Source of the DNA: Camelus ferus | Lineage: Eukaryota | Assembly (NCBI RefSeq): GCF_009834535.1 | Contig: NC_045696.1 | Span: 38,814,001-38,878,000 of the forward strand | Length of the DNA: 64,000 nt | Direction of reading: 5' to 3' | Part shown: one piece after another, positions 52,686 through 63,645 of the stretch | How positions within the stretch are numbered: the first letter of the stretch is position 1 | Layout: each line of letters opens with the position of its first letter | The notes under the pieces: model-generated | Database searches by the model: none | The model's input: only the letters and a program-made list of their open reading frames with translations | Told to the model about the DNA's origin: nothing | Position numbers and translations under genes: made by a program

Positions 52686-55600
52686 TTAGATTCCACATAT
52701 GAGCGATCTCATATGGTGTTTTTCTTTCTCTTTCTGGCTTACTTCACTTAGAATGACATTCTCCAGGAGCATCCATGTTGCTGCAAATGGCATTATGTTG
52801 TCAGTTTTTATGGCTGAGTAGTATTCCATTGTATAAATATACCACCTCTTCTTTATCCAGTCACCTGTTGATGGACATTTAGGCTGTTTCCATGTTTTGG
52901 CTATTGTAAATAGTGCTGCTATGAACATTGGGGTGCAGGTGTCATCCTGAAGTAGATTTCCTTCTGGATACAAGCCCAGGAGTGGGATTCCTGGGTCATA
53001 TGGTAAGTCTATTCCTAGTCTTTTGAGGAATCTCCACACTGTTTTCCATAGTGGCTGCACCAAATTGCATTCCCACCAGCAGTGTAGGAGGGTTCCCCTT
53101 TCTCCACAGCCTCTCCAGCATTTGTCATTTGTGGATTTTTGAATGACTGCCATTCTGACTGGTGTGAGGTGATACCTCATTGTAGTTTTGATTTGCATTT
53201 CTCTGATAATTAGTGATATTGAGCATTTTTTCATGTGCTTTTTGATCATTTGTATGTCTTCCTTGGAGAATTGCTTGTTTAGGTCTTCTGCCCATTTTTG
53301 GATTGGGTTGTTTATTTTTTTCTTATTGAGTCGTATGAGCTGCTTATATATTCTGGAGATCAAGCCTTTGTCGGTTTCACTTGCAAAAATTTTCTCCCAT
53401 TCCATAGGTTTTCTTCTTATTTTATTTCTGGTTTCCTTTGCTGTGCAGAAGCTTGTAAGTTTCATTAGGTTCCATTTGTTTATTCTTGCTTTTATTTCTT
53501 CTAGGAGAAAATTTTTTAAATGTATGTCAGATAATGTTTTGCCTATGTTTTCCTCTAGGAGGTTTATTGTATCTTGTCTTATGTTTAAGTCTTTAATCCA
53601 TTTTGAGTTGATTTTTGTATATGGTGTAAGGGAGTGTTCTAGCTTCATTGTTTTACATGCTGCTGTCCAGTTTTCCCAACACCATTTGCTGAAGAGACTG
53701 TCTTTATTCCAATGTATATTCTTGACTCCTTTGTCAAAGATGAGTTGACCAAAAGTTTGTGGGTTCATTTCTGGGCTCTCTATTCTGTTCCATCGGTCTA
53801 TATGTCTGTTTTGGTACCAATACCATGCTGTCTTGATGATTGTAGCTCTATAGTATTGTTTGAAGTCTGGGAGAGTTATTCCTCCAGCCTCTTTCTTTCT
53901 CTTCAGTAATGCTTTGGCAATTCTAGGTCTTTGATGGTTCCATATGAATTTTATTATGATTTTTTCTAGTTGTGTGAAATATGTCCTGGGTAATTGGATA
54001 GGGATTGCATTAAATCTGTAGATTGCCTTGGGCAGTGTGACCATTTTAACAATATTGATTCTTCCAATCCAAGAGCATGGAATATATTTCCATTTTTTAA
54101 AGTCTTCTTTAATTTCCTTCATCAATGGTTTATAATTTTCTGTGTATAATTCTTTCACCTCCTTGGTTAGATTTATTCCCAGATATTTTATGACTTTGGG
54201 TGCTATTTTAAAGGGGATTGTTTCTTTACTTTCTTCTTCTGTTGATTTATCGTTAGTGTAAAGAAATGCAACTGATTTTTGAACGTTAATTTTGTAACCT
54301 GCTACCTTGCTGAATTCTTCAATCAGCTCTAGTAGCTTTTGTGTGGACCTTTTAGGGTTTTCTATATATAGTAACATGTCATCAGCATATAATGACACTT
54401 TTACCTCTTCTTTTCCAATTTGGATCCCTTTTATTTCTTTCTCTTGCCTGACTGCTGTGGCTAGGACTTCCAGGAGTATGTTGAATAGGAGTGGTGATAG
54501 TGGGCATCCTTGTCTTGTCCCAGATTTTAGTGGGAAGCTTTTGAGTTTTCCACCGTTGAGTACTATGCTGGCTGTAGGTTTGTCATATATAGCTTTTATT
54601 ATGTTGAGATATGTTCCCTCTATACCCACTTTGGCGAGAGTTTTTATCATAAATGGGTGTTGAATTTTATCAAATGCTTTTTCTGCATCGATTGAGATGA
54701 TCATGTGGTTTTTGTCCTTTTCTCTTGTTGATGTGATGTATTACACTGATTGATTTGCATATGTTGAACCAGCCTTGTGTCCCTGGGATGAACCCCACTT
54801 GGTCATGATGTATAATCTTTTTTATGTGTTGTTGGATTCTATTTGCTAAAATTTTGGTGAGGATTTTGGCGTCTATGTTCATCAGTGATATTGGCCTATA
54901 ATTCTCTTTTTTTGGAGTGTCTTTGCCTGGTTTTGGTATCAGGGTGATGGTGGCTTCATAGAATGAGTTTGGGAGTATTCCCTCCTTTTCAATTCGTCTG
55001 GAAGAGTTTGAGAAGGACTGGTATGAGTTCTTCTTTGTATGTTTGGTAGAATTCCCCTGGTGAAGCCGTCCGGTCCTTGGACTTCTATTTGTAGGGAGGT
55101 TTTTAATTGCTATTTCTATTTACTTTCTAGTGATCGGATTGTTCAAGTGTTCAGATTCTTCTTGATTCAGTTTTGGTGGACAGTATGTTTCCAGAAACTT
55201 GTCCATCTCCTCTAGGTTATCCAGTTTGGTTCCATATAGTTTTTCATAATATTCTCGTATGATATTCTGTATTTCTATTTTGTTTGTTGTAATTTCTCCA
55301 TTTTCCTTTCTTATTTTGCTAATTTGTGCTCTCTCTTTTTTCTTCTTTGTGAGTTTGGCCAGCGGCTTGTCGATTTTATTTACTTTTTCAAAAAACCAGC
55401 TTTTGGTTTGGTTGATTTTTTCTATGGTCTTGTTAATCTTTATTGTATTTAATTCCTCTCTGATCTTTATTATTTCCTTCCTTCTGCTGCTTTTTGGGGC
55501 TTTTTGTTCTTCTTTTTCTAATTCATTCAGGTGGTGGGTTAAATTGTTTATTTGAGATTGTTCTTTTTGAGGAAGGCTTGTATCACTATAAACTTCCCTC

Positions 55601-56483
55601 TTAGCACTGCCTTTGCTGTGTCCCATAGGTTTTGAGTGGTTGTGCTTTCATTATCATTTGTCTCAAGGTATTTTTTAATTTCAGCTTTGATTTCCTCATT
55701 GATCCATTGTTTTTTCAATAACATATTGTTTAATCTCCATGCTTTCCTTTTTTTCTCCTTTGTTTCTCTGTTGTTGATTTCCAGTTTCATGGCATTGTGG
55801 TCAGTAAAGATGCTTGAGATAATTTCTATCTTCTTAAAATTGTTGAGGTTTCTTTTGTGCCCAAGTACATGATCGATCCTGGAAAATGTTCCATGTGCAC
55901 TTGAAAAGAATGTATATCCTATTTTTGGGGGGTGTAATGCTCTGAAATTATCCACCAAATCTAGTTTTTCTATTGTAGTATTTAATTTCTCTGTTGCCTT
56001 GTTTATTTTCTGTCTGGAAGATCTGTCTAGTGATGTTAATGCAGGGTTAAAATCTTCAACTACGATTGTATTCCCATCAATATCCCCCTTTATCTCTGTT
56101 AGTAATTCTTGTATGTACTTAGGTGCTCCTATATTGGGTGCATATATATTAACGAGTGTAATATCCTCATCTTGTATCACTCCTTTAATCATTATAAAAT
56201 GTCCTTCTTTATCTTTCTTTATGGCCTTTGTTTTAAAGTCTATTTTGTCTGAAATCAGTACTGCAACACCTGCTTTTTTGGCTTTTCCATTTGCATGGAA
56301 TATCCTTTTCCATCCTTTCACTCTCAATCTATATGTGTCCTTCTCCCTAAAGTGGGTCTCTTGTATGCAGCATATTGAAGGTTCTTGCTTTATTATCCAG
56401 TCTGCCACTCTGTGTCTTTTGACTGGAGCATTTAGTCCATTAACATTTACAGTAATTAATGATAGATGTGTGTTTATTGCCAT
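52686..56483 (-). pseudogene. L1 ORF2p (endonuclease, reverse transcriptase, C-terminal Cys-rich region), disrupted
   Basis: Starts MAINTHLSLITVNVNGLN; EN motifs QETH, EDFN (usually GDFN), [32 protein letters not shown]; frameshift ~55560, stop 55120-55122, +1 insertions at ~55077, 55058, ~54993, ~54720. Confidence 0.95.
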
Positions 56484-56880
56484 TTTGAACTTTGCAGTTG
56501 AATTGGTATATCCTCTTTGTTCCTTTCTTCTTCCTTTTGTGGTTTGGTAATTTTCCTTTGTATTATCATGGATTTTATTTAATTTTTGTGACTCCTTTGT
56601 AAATTTTTGGCTTGTGATTACCCTTTTTTGTAAATCTATCAACCCATTACTATAACTGTTTTTATTAAACTGATAGTAACATGATCTCAAACCCATCCTA
56701 CTGTTAAAAAAATTTTAAAAAGAAAGAAAAAAATATTCTATATTTCCCTGCCTCCCTCTCCCACTCTCAGTGATTTGTATGTCTTCTTTTATAATTTCAT
56801 GTTTACTTTATTTGTAATTCATGAGTTTTCACCTTTCCAGTTGTGTTTCTCATTTCTGTAGCATCCTGCTGCTTTTCTAT

Positions 56881-57784
56881 TTAGAATAGCCCTTTCAATA
56901 TTTCTTTTAGCATGGGTTTAGTGTTGCTAAACTCCTGCAGCTTTTTTTTTGTCTGTGAAACTCTTTATTTCTCCTTCTATCCTCAAGGATAGCCTTGCTG
57001 GATAAAGGATCCTAGGCTGCATCTTTTTTTCATTCAGGGCTTTGAATATATCTTGCCACTCCCTTCTGGCCTGTAGTGTTTGTGTAGAGAAATCAGCTGA
57101 CAGCCTGATGGGGGTTCCCTTGTAACTTAATCTTTGCTTTTCTCTTGCTGCCTTTAGAATCATTTCTTTATCCTTGACTCTGGCCATCTTGATTATGATA
57201 TGTCTTGGTGTGGGTCTATTTGGGTTCTTCCTGTTTGGGACCCTCTGAGCTTCCTGTACTTGGATATCTGATTCCTTCTTTAAGTTTGGGAAGTTTTCAG
57301 TCATGATTTCTTCAAAAACCTTTTCAATCCCCTTTGATCTTTCTTCTCCTTCTGGGACCCCTATTATGCGAAGATTGGGACGCTTTATATTATCCCATAG
57401 GTCCCTTATGCTATTTTCATTATTTTTTATTTGCTTCTCTTGTAGTTCTTCTGAATGGGTGCTTTCTATTGCCCTGTCTTCTAGATCACTAATTCATTCC
57501 TCTGCATTATCTAGTCGGCTTTGCACAGCTATTAGATCATTCCTCATCTCTGTCAATGAGTTTACCCATTCTACTTGGCTCTTCTTTATAGCTTCAATTT
57601 CATTTTTGACATATTTTATATCTCTAAACACTATCTCTTTTAATTCCTTCAGCAATTCGATCACTCCTTTTTTGAAATCTTGATCTAGTAGGCTATCGAT
57701 GTCTATTTCGTTGATCTTTCTTTCAGGGGATTTCTCTTGTTCTTTCAATTGGGAAAGGTTTTTCTGCTTCTTCATCTTGCTCAT
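56881..57784 (-). pseudogene. L1 ORF1p, disrupted
   Basis: MSKMKKQKNL...coiled coil...RPNLRIIGVPEGEE...ARREW...YPARLS; in-frame TGA at 57494-57496; extra base in the T9 run 56942-56950, whose removal gives ...KKKLQEFSNTKPMLKEILKGLF*. Confidence 0.93.
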
Positions 57785-59406
57785 ACCTCTTTGGCACTGT
57801 GGTTTATGGAGTATCAGTTGTTTATTTTGGTCCTTAAGGATTTTATCTATCTGATGCCTATTTAGGAATAGAACTTAGGAAAAAAAGAAAAAAAATAAGA
57901 GAGAGAGAGAAAGAATTTTAAAAGAAGGGAGAAAGAGGGTTTGAAAACAGTGTATAATGAATAATAGAAGAGTGAGTTGAAGCAGAGTATTAATCGGGTT
58001 GAGACGTCCTTTTAAAACCTTTACAAAAAAAGGGGGGGGGAGATGAATAGATGTATTTGAAACCTGTGTCTAATCAATAGCAGGACATCAAAACCCAAGA
58101 GAAATAGAAATGAATTAAGAAGTAAAGATTAAGAGAGTAATAGAAAATAGAACAGGTAAAAACAGATTAAAAAGGGGGGGGGGGTTGTCGGTGTTCTCCT
58201 GGAGTCTGTGTGCTTTTAATGTGAAGTCTTTCTGTCTTCGTCCTGTTTTGGAAGCTCAGCTTGCTGTTTTCAGAGGCCCTCCGTTGGCCTAACACTGGGT
58301 CAGGTGCAGCTCTCTGCTGTGGGCGGGCAGGTCGCTGCCCCTCCGGATGCTGCAGTCAGATGTTGCAGACTGGCCAGGTAGGAGGGCAGGTCGTGCCCCC
58401 TCCCAGCACTTCGGTCAGGGGCTGTGTTCCTGCCCGAAAGGCAGGGGGGCCGCTCTCCCTCTACCTGCGCCGCCGGTAGTTCCGCTCTCTGTGCAGCTGC
58501 GCGCTCCGCCCCGGTCGGCGCTCCGCGGGTGGGCTCGGGGAAGACCGAGGGACAGCCCTGTCCCTGCTCCGAGCCAGAACCCAGGTCCTTGTTTGTCTTT
58601 GTGGAGCAAGTTCTCTGAGGGACCAGGATGGAAGGATCCTATCTGCCCCGGGCTGCAGTCCAGTCTCAGTCTGGCCTTTGAGGCTGCTAAGCCCTTCGGT
58701 GCGGATGCAGGTGCAGGTTTCGCCCCCGCCCCCGCCTGAGTGCTCAGCGCGGAGGATATGGCGGCTGTGCCTGAGCTCCGCCTCTCTTCCCCCGAAAACT
58801 TTCTGCGGGTTTTCAGAGATAGGGGTGTGCACCCTTCCCCCGAGAGCACATCAACCTTGCTGTTTTATGGAGGGCCCAGGTTGTTCTGCCCTGTGCACCC
58901 ACAGCCACGGCGCGCAGCCCCTTGCGTTCCCCCGGGGCTGCCTCCATGCAGCCACTTCCGTCCTCCGCCCGGCTTGTGCAGCCTGGCCCTGCCCGCCGCT
59001 GCCGGCCTGCGTCTCAGGCTGGGTGTCGGGGGGACGCTCTGTGCCCGTTTAACTTAGTTCTGTTAGTCAAGGGCTGCTCTGTACAGATCCGAGCCTTGGA
59101 GGCTCCCCCTCTGTCCCGCTGGCCTCTCAGTTGGAGAGGGGAGACCCAGCAAGTGAGCGCCAGTCCTCCTTTGCTGCTCCCTCCCGGTAGGACCTGTCCC
59201 GCACTGCTTTGCCTTTTGTTCTTTCTTTTTTCCTTTTCTCCTACCAGATTTTTGGTGTCTTTATCTTTTGAAGAGGGCGATGTTCTGTCGGAGTTCCACA
59301 GGTGCTCTGGTTGGCTGAGTGGGTCTGTAGATGTGAGTCTTGGTGTATTTGTGGGAGAGGGTGACCTGCGAGCGTCCTTCTACTCCACCATCTTCTCCAT
59401 CTCCCC
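57785..59406 (-). promoter_or_regulatory. L1 5'UTR internal promoter, CpG-rich core ~58280-59110, YY1-like site at +13
   Basis: Many retained CpGs; 5' end ggggagatggagAAGATGGTGGagtag (site 59385-59394). Confidence 0.8.
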
Positions 59407-59984
59407 AAATTAATAATTTTCTTAATAACTTTCTGTATCATATTCAAAACCACAGAATAATATCTGACACCAAACTGTTAGATTGAAAGAGCCAGACATC
59501 ATGGATCGCAAATAGAAAAAATTTCACTTTTCTTGGTGCTGCTTGTTCTACTGTGATCTTGAAAGATAGGACTTCTTCCTCCCAGCTTTCTGTATAAGAT
59601 CTCTGACCCTTTCATAGTCATGGGAAGAAGAATAGGTAAGATTTGACTTAACTGGTACTCTCCCAATCTGGCATTGATGATGTCACATGCTGGGGAATTA
59701 AAACTCTCTCATTACTTTCATAGGTGCTCTGGGGACCACCCCCCCCCAATCACTATACACCTCTTTCCTGAAGATTTCCTAACAGATTCGGTGCCTTTTA
59801 GAGCTCACGATCATTTCGGTAGTCTCTGTTTTCCAGCTGTTCACCTCTCTGTTGGCATCTTACACTTTTGGAGAAAGTGCCTTTGAAAAAAGAAAAATGA
59901 AGCTGGTCCCATCCTACAAGGCCCACATCTGATTCAGAGATACATTCCTTTGCCCTGCTGTTAATGAAAACACAACCAGATATT

Positions 59985-60215
59985 GACATAATCATAATTA
60001 CAGTAACTAACTTTTACAGAGGGCATACGATGGTCCAGGCATTGTCTACATGTATTAAGTTATTGAACTTTCCCAAGAAGAGAAGAGTGGTATGATTATG
60101 ATTATCCTCACTTTTACAGGTTAAAAAAAAAAAATTGAAGCATAGATTGATTTTACCAAAGTTATAAGACCCAGAGATGAGAGAGAGCCAAAACTCAAAC
60201 CTTGGTGGTCATAGC
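59985..60215 (-). mobile_element. MIR
   Basis: ccaggcattgtcta...attatcctcacttttacaggtt...ttgaagcatag...gagccaaaactcaaacc. Confidence 0.65.
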
Positions 60216-61617
60216 TCCTAATTATGACACTAAATTACCAGTTTTATATTAGCACTAAATACTAAATTCAGATTTAGAATTATATACTAGTGTCCTCTCA
60301 CTGGAACAGGTAGCAACCAGCCAGTGTATCACCTTTAAGCTTTTCCAGCCATGGATTCAAAGCAAGTGCCTTGTATTTCCCCAAACTCCAATGGCAAAGG
60401 GAAATTCTCCCAGTGTTCCTATAGAGGTCCCTCACTAGCTTTGCCACTCCACCTACATTCTCCAGAAACAGTTCTCTCCACCCCAACCTCCTCCATGGTC
60501 TGGGTGCTGAGCAACAGGTGACAAAACCAGTGACTTTGTTCCTTTGTGTTTAAGTCTCCCTTTTGAAGCCTTGTTATAACGTAGGAGAGGTTTATAAAGT
60601 GGGATCCCTACTGTTATTGTCTTCTCCTTGGCCTTCTTGGGCCTTGACTGAAATTGAGACAGAAAGAGCCCAACTTCAATATCCCTTTACAGAAATAAAG
60701 GCCATTTTCTGTAACCTGAAAGACAAGGACACGAGAGCGTATGGCTTCTAGGAGCAAGTGGCTGTGTCTCTTCATCAGTAGTAAAAACCTTAAAAGATGA
60801 ATGTGTTCCAGACCTCAAGAAATGTTTCAGGGTCGTGAAAGGAGTTTTTACTTCGGCTGATTTATGTGTACAATTTCCATGGGGCCGTCTGTTCTAGAGT
60901 GCTCCCAGGGATCCACCAATTAGATCATGATGAAGTTGGTATCAACCTGTCAGTGTGCAGTTTGGCTTGGAGGTGGGTTATCCATTTCCAGAGCATCAAA
61001 TATAGTCGCCTGAACTGACAGGACGTGGGGCCCTCTGCGTCTCCGCCTCACTGTGTCAGTCTGCCCCACACGTGCAGGTGCTGCTGGCCTTCCTCCCCAG
61101 ACTGCTTCCATTTAAAAAAACACTCCCAAAATGGGCTGAACGAGTATTCTAGCCTCTTTTATATGCTGCACCCGTCCTTAGTTTTTTTGGCGTGTTAAGT
61201 GAATTATTAATTTATGTTCATTTAACTTAAATGTAAACCAGTTAAACTATTAATGAATTTTAAGATAAAAGCAAATTAGTAAAAATAACTACTATATGTT
61301 TCTCTTATTCATTCATTTACTGATAAAGAGTCATTGTCTTAAGAAGAAAAAAAATAGTGACAAGCAAGCTGCTTCACCGTCTAATTCTTGACATAAAAGA
61401 TTTCTTTATAAAACTGTTTCACCACCTACATGTTCTTCCCTGTGGAAAATTTACCTTCACTGGTCTTTTGCCTCTAAAAGTTGAAAGAGGACATTCTAAT
61501 GCTTTAAAAAGTGAAACAACAAATTTCAAGGGAATAGCACGATAAAGTTAATGCGTGAATGTCTTTATTGTTATAGAATATTTTATTCATAATACTTTAC
61601 TGAATGTTGACAAAAGG

Positions 61618-61765
61618 AGGGCAGAATTACAATATGGAAGAAGCACTGGTTTGAAGGCAGAGGTTTGCATCCCAGTCTTAGGTCTGGCACTTTGGCTGGC
61701 CGTGTTGCCCTGGACATTTTTCCTGCCTTTTCTGATCTTCATTTTCTTTGTCTGAAAAGGGTGGC
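61618..61765 (+). mobile_element. MIR fragment
   Basis: ggaagaagcactggtttgaaggcaga...gtgttgccctggaca...cttcattttctttgtctgaaaaggg. Confidence 0.6.
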
Positions 61766-61784
61766 AACTGCTTTTATTAGCAAT

Positions 61785-61885
61785 AAATAAACTGAGTACA
61801 GGATCTTGGCATTATTTATCTCTGTGTCTACAGGTCCTAGCCCAGTGCCTGGCACTAAATGCTTCATGACGAGTAAATAAATCAG
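61785..61885 (+). mobile_element. LINE-2 3' end
   Basis: tttatctctgtgtctacaggtcctagcccagtgcctggcac. Confidence 0.65.
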
Positions 61886-62264
61886 TGAGGAATTATCTTC
61901 CATTTACAGATAAGCAGAGTCCCCCAAAGGCAGAAAGAGCTAGTGTTACACAACCAGTAAGGAAAATGCCGTGGTGGTTGTGAGAAGAGATCAAATACTG
62001 GGCATTGTGACACGTGGAATTCTCTTCACCATGCCAGAACAGAATCCCCAGGTGTATACAGACAAGATTTCAGAAGTATGTACTTCAGGGGTCCATTGGA
62101 GAACTAGTTTATTCCCCCTCGCTCCTTGCAGATACTTACAGTTAGCAACAAATGCCATCCCTCTTGATGGAGATAAAGAATAAATAACAGGTAGAGTTGG
62201 TTGTTTCCCTTTTTCTTGAGTGTATTCTGCACAGTGTTTAGCACAGAAACTAAATATGAAAAGA

Positions 62265-62522
62265 AATAATACTAATAATTACTCTTAGTGAGCTAAGCAC
62301 TGTCACAAGCATTTTACATGCATTCTCCTTTTTAATCCACGGAACAGCCCCATAGGTTCATTGAGAGATCATTATCTCCTCTTTACAGCTGAGAAAAGTG
62401 AGCTATGGCGAGGTAACGGAACTGGCCAAAAGGCACACAGCTTCTAAGTAGCAGAGGCAGGATTCCGATCTAAGCGGTGCCACCCGGAGCCTGAGCTCTT
62501 AACCTCTACGCTTTACTGTCCC
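62265..62522 (-). mobile_element. Near full-length MIR
   Basis: gcactgtcacaagcattttacatgcatt...tttacagctgagaaaagtgag...aggcacacagct...agtagcagaggcaggatt...gagcctgagctcttaacc. Confidence 0.8.
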
Positions 62523-62930
62523 AGAAAGTAAATAAAGTAGAGGCCACACAGAAAGGACTCTGATATGCAACTCCCAAGTCCAGCACAGACACCAAACCTT
62601 AACTCAGCAAGAACGCAAGACCGGGGAGAATACACTGTGCCCCACAGAGAGACGAGGACGGTCTCGAAAACGTGAAAATGAATCCCTTTTTGCCGCCGTT
62701 TCCCTTATGCCACAATCTTCTAGAACATGTGTTCAGTTAAGCATTTAACTAACTGTATTTCATCTAAACTCACATTTGACTAGAACAAATACCCTGAGTT
62801 TTTGAGGGGTGGTAGATAAGTGATTCTGTGGAAACTGTCTGAGCCCAGTTTCCCTGGAACACAGAGCCTCAGGAAAGGATGTAAACTGGCGAGGCTCTGT
62901 TTGGGGGGTACAAAACTAGGGCACCTGGAT

Positions 62931-62986
62931 GGGGGAGAACGGGGGTGAGACAGGGAAGAATGGGGGTGAGACAGGGAAGAATGGGG
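62931..62986. repeat. G-rich 21-bp tandem repeat (~2.4 copies), G-quadruplex motif on +
   Basis: GGGGGagaacGGGGGtgagacaGGGaagaatGGGGGtgagacaGGGaagaatGGGG. Confidence 0.85.
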
Positions 62987-63600
62987 CCAACATCACAACG
63001 GATCGCTGTGCTGCTGCCCCTCCGCGCGGACCGTGAAGGACACAGCGGTTGAGAGACATGTCCACTCACCGCGTAGAATGTCTCCAAATGGGTTGTACGA
63101 AGGAACCACGCCTGGCATCGTTCATGGGAAGAAGGAAGAAGGAGGGATCTCTCTGTGCAGCTCCTTCCTGACTCCTGTTTCCACTGGCCAGTGTTCACCA
63201 TATTGTGAATTAATTCCCCCAGGCTTCCAAGTTGAGTGAACTGGCACCTTCAGTGACCGCATGAGATGCCAAGTTCCACATTCTGTGTGTAGTGTATTCA
63301 AGTCCAGAGTGATGATGGAAGTCACCAGTTCTGAGCCTGTAGCTGATGGACCTGAAGGAGTGGAGGTGGACTTGGCATTCCCAAGGCAAATGCCCCATCA
63401 GCACTCAGGGGTGGCGGCATGGTCCACGGAGCAGATGAGGCTAACAGAAGCTGACATATCCCTTCATATTTGTGCAGCTTAGGAAATCAGCTTCTTCAAC
63501 TGAGCTGAATAGAATATCTAAAGTCAAGGCCACTAAGAAAGAACTATCTCCTTTAAGGTATGACAACATCTCTAAGTGTGAGGTATAGAGGAAAAAAGAA

Positions 63601-63645
63601 ATACACACATATATACACACTATACATGTATACACACATGTATAT
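63601..63645. repeat. Imperfect (TA/CA)n simple repeat
   Basis: atacacacatatatacacactatacatgtatacacacatgtatat. Confidence 0.75.

Larger units (their letters stand above)
52323..59406 (-). mobile_element. Full-length young LINE-1 (~7.1 kb), antisense to EPHA6
   Basis: 5'UTR, ORF1, 397-bp spacer, ORF2, 3'UTR, poly(A); TSD aaattaataatttt at 52309-52322 and 59407-59420. Confidence 0.97.

Noticed and set aside
53188..57683. Plus-strand ORFs (186, 183, 126, 118 aa and others) as separate genes
   Set aside because: They are antisense shadows of L1 ORF1/ORF2, a well-known artefact.
58261..58849. Overlapping ORFs in the GC-rich L1 5'UTR core
   Set aside because: Open frames on both strands are expected from stop-codon scarcity in GC-rich DNA; I did not find the in-frame donor arrangement seen for the 58946 ORF.
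63013..63030. CTCF-like motif ctgcccctccgcgcgg
   Set aside because: The central AG and the leading C of the core consensus are mismatched.
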